Below are positions 29,114 to 37,598 of a stretch of DNA of 64,000 bases, one piece after another (position 1 is the first letter of the stretch; the number at the start of each line of letters is the position of its first letter). The stretch is from an uncultured virus (IMG/VR IMGVR_UViG_3300014826_000102). Its lineage: Duplodnaviria > Heunggongvirae > Uroviricota > Caudoviricetes. The position numbers and the translations under genes were made by a program. The notes under the pieces are model-generated. The model saw only the letters and a program-made list of their open reading frames with translations, did not search any database and was not told the origin of the DNA. The stretch lies in IMG/VR virus record IMGVR_UViG_3300014826_000102; one strand, 5' to 3'.

Positions 29114-29228
29114 ATTTTACTATACTAATGGTACAGAATATGGTTGCAAAAGTACTAAAAAATGTATAAGTAAGTAAGTTTTTTAAGGAAAAATTTGGTT
29201 ATTTAGGGTAAAATATGTAATTTTGCAG

Positions 29229-29406
29229 TGTCATACATTTCAGAGGGCGGGCGATGAAGAGCCTGCCGACTTGAGCGAGCAGGCTGTTTTTATGTCCTGA
29301 CTTGCGGTAGCCAAAGCAATACATATTGCGGCTGTCTAACCCCGTGTGGAGCATTAATGTGCCCACTGCCCTCTGAAGGTGTATGACAACGGGAAGTGGA
29401 CAGCCG
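29229..29406 (+). ncRNA. c4-like structured leader / antisense RNA upstream of Rha gene
   Basis: Promoter TAATTTTGCA 29218-29227; 29229-29248 pairs with 29368-29388; 29329-29345 is complementary to 29389-29406; internal hairpin plus T-run 29260-29291. Confidence 0.55.
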
Positions 29407-30465
29407 TTTTTAATTTGTCCTGTAACGCCAAAAATGTCATATATGGCGACACAGACTTTAGAAAATCCTGTAATTCAGGTCAGCGGTACGGCTACGGTTG
29501 AGCCGAGCGTTGAGGTGGCTAACCTTTGCGAAATCAAGGACGGCCAGGTAGTAACGACATCCTTGCGCGTTGCGGAGATTTTCAGCAAGGAGCATAAGAA
29601 TGTTTTAAGAGACATTCGTGAGTTGGATTGCAGCGACGAATTCCGAGGGCTCAATTTTGAGCCGTCGTTAAAAATCAGGCAGTTACCTAACGGAATGGGT
29701 GAACGCCAAGACCCCTACTATTTGATTACCCGCGACGGCTTTGTATTCCTTGTGATGGGGTTCACCGGCAAGACCGCCGCGAAGTTCAAGGAGGCGTATA
29801 TCAGGGCCTTTAACGAAATGGAGGCCAAGCTACGCCGTCAGCAGGAAGAGGAACGTATGTTGCGCCGTATGCAGAGCAGCCCGACGCCGACGATGGCAGA
29901 TATGCCGAAGATGGTAAGCGAGAGCCTGGCACACACGGGCGGTATCGTGGAGAGTTATGGCAAGCAGCGCGTGGTATCGTCTGTTACCCTCGCACGGCTG
30001 ATGGGCAAGGAACACCGCTACGTATGCGACAGTGTGCGCCGTATGTTCAAGCACGTATTGAGGCCAAACCGCCTGTTTATCCGCGTTATCCGCACCGTGC
30101 GCAAGGGCTACGGGCAGGGCTACGACAGCGACACGGGCATTATGTACTTTATCACCATCGAGGGTTTCCAGACCATGCGCACCCACTGTACGGGATTGCC
30201 CGACGATGTGGCAGCGGAGGTGATCGCCGCCTTTCACCGTGCCAAGGGCAAGAACCGCCCCGGACAGCCCAACGCCGTGACACCGAAGACGGCACGGCCA
30301 AAGGTTGAGGCCCCGGCAGACAGCAAGCCGAAGCGGCAGGCAGCAGCCCCGTCACTGCCTACCGACCCCGCCGACATGATGCAGCGTTTCGTAAAGGCTA
30401 TGGGCGTGATGATGGGAATGGACGTTAGCGAGATTACGGACTTAATGAATGGAGGAAACAAGTGA
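29383..30465 (+). CDS. Rha-family phage regulatory / antirepressor protein
   Basis: TTSLRVAEIFSKEHKNVLRDI, YLITRDGFVFLVMGFTGKTAAKFKEAYI; second Rha-like repeat. Confidence 0.88.
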   Translation: MTTGSGQPFLICPVTPKMSYMATQTLENPVIQVSGTATVEPSVEVANLCEIKDGQVVTTSLRVAEIFSKEHKNVLRDIRELDCSDEFRGLNFEPSLKIRQLPNGMGERQDPYYLITRDGFVFLVMGFTGKTAAKFKEAYIRAFNEMEAKLRRQQEEERMLRRMQSSPTPTMADMPKMVSESLAHTGGIVESYGKQRVVSSVTLARLMGKEHRYVCDSVRRMFKHVLRPNRLFIRVIRTVRKGYGQGYDSDTGIMYFITIEGFQTMRTHCTGLPDDVAAEVIAAFHRAKGKNRPGQPNAVTPKTARPKVEAPADSKPKRQAAAPSLPTDPADMMQRFVKAMGVMMGMDVSEITDLMNGGNK

Positions 30466-30731
30466 TGGAAGTGGAAATGATTGCAGTCAAGAAAGACATG
30501 AAACGTGAGAAGATTATGACCATAGCCCCGAAGCAGGGGCAGGTAATGGCCTATTCGCCCGACGATCTGAAAAAGGCACTACAGGCGTTGCGCGATTTCG
30601 TAGCCTTTGACCTGGCAGCGGAGTTGGGCGAGCAGTCGGGTATTACGGCGTGGCGGCTATCGTCGGAACTGATGCCGCTTGACTATCTGATACGCGAGGT
30701 TGAATTTAAGGAAGTGGAGGTATTGGTATGA
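30462..30731 (+). CDS. Hypothetical protein (paralogue of next ORF)
   Basis: Shares YS..../PLD.L pattern with 30728-30958. Confidence 0.6.
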   Translation: MMEVEMIAVKKDMKREKIMTIAPKQGQVMAYSPDDLKKALQALRDFVAFDLAAELGEQSGITAWRLSSELMPLDYLIREVEFKEVEVLV

Positions 30732-30958
30732 AGCAGACTGTTATTGAGATCAGCGACAGGGACGGCGTAATGCCGTACAGTGCAGAGACTTTCAGGGATG
30801 CGGTCAGAGGGACGCGCGAGTATATCCGTAACCTGCTGGCAGAGTTTCCCGCCGATGTGACTATCGGAGCCAGGAGCACGGCGCAGGCATTCGAGCCGTT
30901 GGACTGGCTGTTGGAAGAGGCAGTATTAACCGATCAGGAGAAAGGAGGCACAGCATGA
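30728..30958 (+). CDS. Hypothetical protein
   Basis: Translationally coupled ORF. Confidence 0.6.
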   Translation: MKQTVIEISDRDGVMPYSAETFRDAVRGTREYIRNLLAEFPADVTIGARSTAQAFEPLDWLLEEAVLTDQEKGGTA

Positions 30959-31155
30959 TACCCACAAGACCAGATGTTGAGTACACGGGCAACTATACAC
31001 AGGCCCAGGCGGCAAAGGCATTGGGCATTGACCGCCACACAGTAGCCCGCTATATCAAGCAGGGGCGGTTGAAGTCACAGGTACGCAAGATCGACCGACG
31101 GGTGATCATCAAGGGCAAGGATATTATGCGTATCTGGTGTCAGATGATCATATAG
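30955..31155 (+). CDS. Second excisionase-like HTH protein
   Basis: YTQAQAAKALGIDRHTVARY; paralogue of 5021-5227. Confidence 0.75.
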   Translation: MIPTRPDVEYTGNYTQAQAAKALGIDRHTVARYIKQGRLKSQVRKIDRRVIIKGKDIMRIWCQMII

Positions 31156-31234
31156 GGAAAAACTATTTTCTTAATAAAGTCAAATAAATACCACTCTTTA
31201 CCACGATGCGCCACGATGTGCCAAACGGCATTTT

Positions 31235-32617
31235 GTGGCGCGTTTTGTTTTGCCTAACTTTGTGACGGGGAATAACCCGAAATTCATAAATAGATATATT
31301 TTTACGCGTATCGGCAGCAGCGATGCCCCCGATACTTTTCTACAGAAAAAGGACAGTGAATCATATATGAGCATTTGGCAAAACATAAAAAGCTGGTTTA
31401 GAGACGGTGAGTCCGTTGTTGAGGCGCAGCCCCAGAAGCCCACCCGTACGACACCGCGTACGGGCGCAGGGCTGCAATACTATTTCTATCCTTACGGTGA
31501 GCCGTTGGCGATTGCGACGGTGTACCGTTGCGTGCAGCTTTTGAGTGACAGCGTAGCCGGATTGCATTTGCAGTTCTTAAAACTAAAGAATGACCGCTAC
31601 CAGGAAGATGTTAATAGCCCGTTGCACTATCTTTTGACGGTGCAGCCTCAACCAGAAATGAGTATCTTTGATTTCTGGAGTATGGCGGTTAAACTGATGC
31701 TGTTAGAGGGTAACGCCTATATCTATCCGCGTTACGTCTTAGGTGAACTTACAGACCTGGTACTATGTGCGCGTAACACCGTAACCCACGATACCCTGAA
31801 TGGCTTGTACTTTATTTCTGATCCTTATAGCGGTGTGTATGGTACTTTTAAGGAATCCGAGATTATACACCTGTACTTGCATAGTTCAGACGGGCGAAAA
31901 GGTGAGAGCGTGATAGAGCACGCCAGGCGCACTACTACGATAGCAACAGCGGGCGACGAAGAGACCGCGAACCGCTTTACCAATGGCGGTAACGTACGCG
32001 GTATTATCAGCAACGATAAGAGCGTTACGGGCTTTGGTGAGTACCAGGACGAAGAGTTAGAGAAAACCGCAGTAGATGTTGACAGCCGTTTTTCACACGG
32101 TGAGCATATCGTAAGTTTGCCCGGCCAGGTGGACTTTAAGCAGATTTCGTTAAGCAGCACCGATATGCAGTTTTTGGAGAGCCGCAAATTTACGGTACGT
32201 GAGATTTGCCGTTTCTTTGGCGTGCATCCGTCGTTTGTATTTGACGATACAAGCAACAACTACAAATCGGCAGAAATGGCTAATGTAGCCTATCTGTCTA
32301 TGACACTTGACCCGATCCTGAAAAGGATTGAGGCAGAGTTTACCCGTAAACTTATACCGCAGTCTCTTTGCTGCAAACGAATTTTCAAGTTTGACCGTAA
32401 GGGCATCTATTCGCTTGATCTGGAATCAATGGCGAGGTATCAAAAGCTGACTATCGAAAGCGGCATCTATACGGTTAATGATTGGCGACGCATAGAGAAT
32501 CAGCCGTTAGTTGAGGGTGGCGACACCGTATTAGTTTCGACAAACCTTGCAGCCCTGGATAGTGAGAAGATCACACAGGGCGCATCTAAAAATAGTAGTA
32601 ACGATGGAAAAGATTAA
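31235..32617 (+). CDS. HK97-family portal protein (true start probably 31367)
   Basis: TVYRCVQLLSDSVA, GNAYIY, DMQFLESRKF..EICRFFGV, TVNDWR. Confidence 0.92.
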   Translation: MARFVLPNFVTGNNPKFINRYIFTRIGSSDAPDTFLQKKDSESYMSIWQNIKSWFRDGESVVEAQPQKPTRTTPRTGAGLQYYFYPYGEPLAIATVYRCVQLLSDSVAGLHLQFLKLKNDRYQEDVNSPLHYLLTVQPQPEMSIFDFWSMAVKLMLLEGNAYIYPRYVLGELTDLVLCARNTVTHDTLNGLYFISDPYSGVYGTFKESEIIHLYLHSSDGRKGESVIEHARRTTTIATAGDEETANRFTNGGNVRGIISNDKSVTGFGEYQDEELEKTAVDVDSRFSHGEHIVSLPGQVDFKQISLSSTDMQFLESRKFTVREICRFFGVHPSFVFDDTSNNYKSAEMANVAYLSMTLDPILKRIEAEFTRKLIPQSLCCKRIFKFDRKGIYSLDLESMARYQKLTIESGIYTVNDWRRIENQPLVEGGDTVLVSTNLAALDSEKITQGASKNSSNDGKD

Positions 32618-33296
32618 CAAACGAGCCGTCGGATTTGAAGTACAACTGAAAGTCCGCGAAGCGTCAGAGGGAGGCGAAAGCCGCGTTATCGAGGGCTACG
32701 CGTTGAAGTTTGGCGTACGTAGCCGTCTTTTGCTTGATTGGTGGGTAGGCGTTTATTACGAAATCCTGGAGCCTGGTTGCATTACGCGTGAGACGTTGGA
32801 CGCTTGCGACATCATGCTAACTATGTTCCATGATCGCCAACTGATCTTAGGCCGTAGTAAGAATGGCGTAGGCACCTTGCACTATGAGATCGACAGCGTA
32901 GGCGTTAAGTTCTGGTGTGAAATGCCTAAGACCGTTGACGGTGATAAGGCCCTGGAATTGATCGCACGCGGCGATATTACGGGTTGCTCGTTCATCTACT
33001 CTACAGATGAAAAGGACAGCGAGAACGCCGTTAGTTACGAAAAGACGGGTGAGAAAACCGAAGATGGCGAAGAAATCCTGTTGCGCCACGTTAAGCGTAT
33101 TGATAACGTTTACGATTTTACCATTACGCCAAAGCCCGCCTTTGAGCAGACCAACGTAACAAAGCGTGAATTGGAGGACGCGGGTATAGTTTTTGACGAA
33201 AAGCCAAAGACACCCCAGGAGCCTAAGACGATTGACCTTGCAAAAAAACGCGAGGCTATCCGTGAAATCAGAGAGAGAATTAGCCATACCGTCTAA
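32547..33296 (+). CDS. HK97-family prohead protease (start probably 32604)
   Basis: IEGYALKF, FHD, RGDITGCSF, PAF. Confidence 0.88.
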   Translation: MQPWIVRRSHRAHLKIVVTMEKINKRAVGFEVQLKVREASEGGESRVIEGYALKFGVRSRLLLDWWVGVYYEILEPGCITRETLDACDIMLTMFHDRQLILGRSKNGVGTLHYEIDSVGVKFWCEMPKTVDGDKALELIARGDITGCSFIYSTDEKDSENAVSYEKTGEKTEDGEEILLRHVKRIDNVYDFTITPKPAFEQTNVTKRELEDAGIVFDEKPKTPQEPKTIDLAKKREAIREIRERISHTV

Positions 33297-33331
33297 GGTG
33301 GCATATTGTTTAACTTAATAGTTTCTGCAAG

Positions 33332-34732
33332 ATGAAAAAGGAGAAATTTAATTTTCGTGAAGCCTACGAGCGCATAGACGCTATCAAAGGCCGCCTTAAC
33401 GAGATGGCGCAGAATCTCGAAAACGACAAGGAGCGCGAGGCATTGACCGATGCCGAAAAGGGAGAGCGCAAGCAGCTTGAGCGTGAACTTGATATTCTGG
33501 AAATGAAGATCAAGGCCAACACCGAAAGCATTGCCGTAGTGCGCGAGGAGGATATACCCTACGCCAACGCCAAAGTACGCGAGTGCCTCAACGCAGGTAA
33601 GCGTTTTGAGTTGAAGATCAGCCGTGCCGTTGCGCAGTCATTCGGTGGTAACACCTCTACTTATGGCAGTGGCCTGGCAGGTACTAACCCATCTGGCCTG
33701 ACTACCCACGACATCGTAGAGCCGCTGTATAACAAAACTATCCTTTCCGCTATCGGCTCACCCCTGCTGACGGGCTTAAAGGGTAATCACCAGTGGCCTG
33801 TTGTTGAGGCTTTCCACGCCACCATCAACGATGAGGGCGCAGAGTTGGGCGATACTAAGATACCGCTTAACAAGCTGATCGCAAAGCCGGAGCGTCTGGG
33901 TATCGCAGTACCTATCACCCGTGAGGCCCTGAACGAGACCGATAACCTGGTGCAGTTGGTAGCTACGCAGTATATGCCCGTTGCCATTGCTGAACTGATG
34001 AATAAGATCATGTTTAGCCAGGTTAAGGTTAACGGTGCTACAGACCTGGTTGGCCCATTCATCCCCGCCAACATGAAGGCCGAAAACAAGTTGACCTATA
34101 CAGGCGACGCGCCCACCTTGAAGCAGATCACAAGTGCAAAGACCGCTATCCTGAAACACAACGTGAAGTCAGAGGGCCTTTGCTACGTTATGAGCGAGGT
34201 AACTAAGGGCGATTTGGAGGCTACCCCGAAGTGGCAGGGTGCAAACCAGGCTATCGTTGACGATAACGGTAAGATCAATGGCGTACCCGTATTCTGCACT
34301 AACGAGGTTGCAGACGGCCAGATTTACGTAGGTGCTTTCAAGTATGCACCCCAGGGCCTGTTTGGTGATATGGTATTTATCGTTGATCCTTACAGCAAGG
34401 CACGTAACAACGCTATCGACTGCGTGCTGAACGTTGACTATGCTATTAGCGTACTGCGTCAGGAGGCTTTCGCCGTGCTGTCTAAGATCGGCGTTTTCCT
34501 GGATAAGTCAGAGTTGGAGTTAACCGTAGGTGATACTTTCGACCTGACAGCTACCGCGTTCCCTGTAGGCACAGCCGTTACATGGGCAACAAGCGCAGCA
34601 GCTAAGGCAACCGTAGCCGATGGTAAGGTAACAGCCGTAGCAGCAGGTAACGCCAACATTACCGCATCTATTACGGTAGGTGGGCAGACCTATACCGCTA
34701 CTTGCGCCGTGACCGTTAAGGCCGCAGGCTAA
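33332..34732 (+). CDS. Major capsid protein with C-terminal Ig-like (Big_2) domain
   Basis: N-terminal coiled-coil scaffold, HK97-fold motifs, VTWATS..ATVADGKVTAVAAGNANITA. Confidence 0.88.
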   Translation: MKKEKFNFREAYERIDAIKGRLNEMAQNLENDKEREALTDAEKGERKQLERELDILEMKIKANTESIAVVREEDIPYANAKVRECLNAGKRFELKISRAVAQSFGGNTSTYGSGLAGTNPSGLTTHDIVEPLYNKTILSAIGSPLLTGLKGNHQWPVVEAFHATINDEGAELGDTKIPLNKLIAKPERLGIAVPITREALNETDNLVQLVATQYMPVAIAELMNKIMFSQVKVNGATDLVGPFIPANMKAENKLTYTGDAPTLKQITSAKTAILKHNVKSEGLCYVMSEVTKGDLEATPKWQGANQAIVDDNGKINGVPVFCTNEVADGQIYVGAFKYAPQGLFGDMVFIVDPYSKARNNAIDCVLNVDYAISVLRQEAFAVLSKIGVFLDKSELELTVGDTFDLTATAFPVGTAVTWATSAAAKATVADGKVTAVAAGNANITASITVGGQTYTATCAVTVKAAG

Positions 34733-34766
34733 AAAGGGATTGTGTAACATATCAGAGTTTTAGGTT

Positions 34767-35099
34767 ATGGCTAACGTAGTGGATTTGGCACTTTTCAAGC
34801 AGCACGTAAAGGCTGATGATTTCGCGGACGATGATACGTACCTGGCACATCTTCTAAAGAGTGCTACGGGCCACGTTATCAGGGCTACCAACCGCACCGA
34901 GGCAGAATTAACGGAAATGGGAGGCGGTGAGTTTCCCGCCGAATTGCAGACAGCAATAATGATGTTAGGTGCGCATTGGTACAATCAGCGTGAATCAAAC
35001 GCCCAAACGATCATGCCGGAAGTGGCAAATTCACTACAGGCTATAATTAAGCCTTTTAGAAAATTGGTTAAGGATGATAGCGGGACGGATGAAGTATAA
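34767..35099 (+). CDS. Head-tail connector (gp6-like)
   Basis: AIMMLGAHWYNQRE. Confidence 0.85.
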   Translation: MANVVDLALFKQHVKADDFADDDTYLAHLLKSATGHVIRATNRTEAELTEMGGGEFPAELQTAIMMLGAHWYNQRESNAQTIMPEVANSLQAIIKPFRKLVKDDSGTDEV

Positions 35100-35394
35100 A
35101 CTAAAGCTGTTGCAGCCTGTAAAGGCTGAAAACGACTTTGGCGAAGAGGTGGACACCTGGCAGGAAACCGTAACCGTACACGCGGAACGGGTGAAGCATA
35201 CGGGAAACCGTAGCGAAGAGGTAGGCGAGCATTTCCCGGACTATCGCGTAGAGTTCAATATAAGGGACGTACACACGATCAGCGAGAATTGGCGCGTACA
35301 GCAGTTAGGTGGGAACCTGTACACCGTAACGAACATCATACCCAACTTAGATAGAGGTTTTAAGACCCTGATTTGTGACAGAGTGAACGAGTAA
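35074..35394 (+). CDS. Head closure protein
   Basis: MIAGRMK..NDFGE..W; position. Confidence 0.8.
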   Translation: MIAGRMKYKLKLLQPVKAENDFGEEVDTWQETVTVHAERVKHTGNRSEEVGEHFPDYRVEFNIRDVHTISENWRVQQLGGNLYTVTNIIPNLDRGFKTLICDRVNE

Positions 35395-35409
35395 CCGTAA
35401 TTTCAGCGT

Positions 35410-35997
35410 ATGCAACCCGACCAGGCAGAAGTAAAGGATTTGGCGCAGCTAACAAGGGAAATGAACCCGAAGCAGCTACGTAACTCTTTGAAACGTGCGT
35501 ACAGAGCCGAGGCAAAGAAAGTATTAGGCATTGCCCGTAAGAGCCTACACGCAACACGCTTGCAGGTAAAGGGTAACAAATCGGATTGGGATAAGGGAAT
35601 ACGCAGCCACATTTATAGCCGGGGTGGTGGTTTTTTGATTACCGTCAAGGCACACCGGGGCACTATGAAAGGACAGGGCGAGAAGTCTATGCACGAAAAC
35701 CGCCAGGGCTTTAAAAAACCTATCCTGATGTGGGCAGAAGAGGGTACTAACTATCGTCAGCGAGGCGGTAAGAAAGTACGTATCAAACACGGTATCTACG
35801 GATCGCACAGAAGCGGCAAGACCCGTTATTGGACGGAAACCATACGTAAGGATGGAATACCAACGAAGCGGATGCCGTCGTACAGATTTCTTGAAAAGGC
35901 TACACCCGAAATGAATAGGACGGTAGAAACCGATTTAGGAAAAGAAGTGAATGTAGCTGTAGAAAAGGTGGCTAAGAAATGCGGATTTATAAACTAA
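35410..35997 (+). CDS. HK97 gp10-like neck protein
   Basis: EEGT..R, FLEKA; position. Confidence 0.65.
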   Translation: MQPDQAEVKDLAQLTREMNPKQLRNSLKRAYRAEAKKVLGIARKSLHATRLQVKGNKSDWDKGIRSHIYSRGGGFLITVKAHRGTMKGQGEKSMHENRQGFKKPILMWAEEGTNYRQRGGKKVRIKHGIYGSHRSGKTRYWTETIRKDGIPTKRMPSYRFLEKATPEMNRTVETDLGKEVNVAVEKVAKKCGFIN

Positions 35998-36004
35998 TAG
36001 GAGT

Positions 36005-36391
36005 ATGGCAAAGACATCATTAAGCGCGGGTATTATCATACGTGACATACTTACTAAGGATGCCGACGTAAAAAGAATCGCTACAAAGGTTTTCCCCGTA
36101 GTGACAGATAAAGCCACGTTGCCATACGTAGCCTATCGCCGGGCGCGTCTGGATCACAACCCCGTTAAGACGGGTGTACCGGGTGCAGATAAGGCTATGA
36201 TAGAAATTAATTGCTATGGTAAGACCTACGAACAAAGCATAGAGTTGGCAGAGGCGGTACGCGCCGCCCTGGATAACGTACAGGCGGAGAAATCAGGTTT
36301 GGCTATGCGCAGTTGTTATCTATCAGACGGTGAAGAGTTCTACGAAGATGATGCTTACGTACAAGGATTAACTTTTAGTGTTCAGATTTAA
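36005..36391 (+). CDS. Tail terminator / completion protein
   Basis: VFPV..LPYVAY..LAEAVRAAL. Confidence 0.75.
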   Translation: MAKTSLSAGIIIRDILTKDADVKRIATKVFPVVTDKATLPYVAYRRARLDHNPVKTGVPGADKAMIEINCYGKTYEQSIELAEAVRAALDNVQAEKSGLAMRSCYLSDGEEFYEDDAYVQGLTFSVQI

Positions 36392-36421
36392 GAATTTCAA
36401 CGAATTTAAAAAATTAGGATT

Positions 36422-36880
36422 ATGACTAAACCAACTTCTGGCTACGTTAATGGTAGCGACATCCTGTTAAGTGTTGGCGGTAAGGCCGTAGGTCATTGCA
36501 CCACCCACACTATCACTTTCAATAGTGAGACTAAGGACAGAGCCGTTAAGCCCGCAGCAGCTAACGGTTATTCAGCCGGATTGTGGAAAGGCAAGGGCGT
36601 TACCGGCCTTTCTATCTCTATCAGCGCAGAGGGCTTGCGCTTCTATGGTGAGACCGAGAACGGATTTACCGAGATCGCCGCTAAGTGGGGTACGGGCCAG
36701 AGCGTAGCCGTATTAGCTTATGAGCGAGAGGGCGACGCTACACCTTATGTTTCTGGTAATTTCATTATTACCTCAATCGAGGAGACAAGCCCCGCCCAGG
36801 ATGATGCCACCTACTCTATTCAGTTAGAGAGCGACGGAGAGCCAACCGTATATCCTGGCAAGGCACAGGCAGGCGAATAA
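36422..36880 (+). CDS. Major tail tube protein
   Basis: SISAEGL, GNFIITSIEETSPAQDDATYSIQL. Confidence 0.8.
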   Translation: MTKPTSGYVNGSDILLSVGGKAVGHCTTHTITFNSETKDRAVKPAAANGYSAGLWKGKGVTGLSISISAEGLRFYGETENGFTEIAAKWGTGQSVAVLAYEREGDATPYVSGNFIITSIEETSPAQDDATYSIQLESDGEPTVYPGKAQAGE

Positions 36881-36891
36881 TTCCTACGATC

Positions 36892-37526
36892 ATGGCGAAA
36901 GTAGAGATTACAATTAACGGCAAGGCATACCCCTGTAGGCAGACTATGGGGGCTATGCTTCGCTTTAAGCAAGAGACAGGCAAAGAGGCTACAGAAATGG
37001 ATGGCGGGTTTACCGACATTTGTACGTATCTGTGGTGCTGCATCGTTTCGGCTTGTGCCGCTGATGGTGTAGAATTTAATCTAAGCCTGATGGAGTTTGC
37101 GGATAGCATCGACCCCGACGCTATGACCGCATGGGAGCAGTCTATTAATGGCGACAAAAAGCCGGATAGCGAAGAAAAAAAAAGAACCAAGAGAAGCAAA
37201 TAGGCATTTACGACGTATTGGGCATAGCGTTGGGCCTAATCAAGTTGTCATACAATGATTTTTGCCGTTTGACACCTACAGAGTTTGAACACGTCTATAA
37301 AGCGTATAGCGAAAAAGAGGACACGGATTATAAGGATGCCTGGGGCCGTATGAGATTAGCGGCAACCGTATTGCTACAGCCGCATACTAAAAAGAAGATA
37401 ACACCCGAAAAGGTTATTATATTCCCCTGGGAAAAGAAGCAACTTAACAAGCCGATTATAGGCAAAGACGAAAGTAAAGCACGATTTGAAGCGTTGATGG
37501 CACGAATACATAAAGATAAGGATTAG
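36892..37526 (+). CDS. Tail assembly chaperone pair with -1 programmed frameshift
   Basis: 36892-37203 plus 37218-37526. A9 run 37175-37183 gives A AAA AAA; the -1 frame is open (KNQEKQIGIYDVLGIALG) into the second ORF. Confidence 0.8.
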
Positions 37527-37598
37527 GAAAATGTTTGCTTATACGATAGATGCCTGTTTTGCTGATTTACAGAACCCGATAGAAACAGCAGTAAGGAA

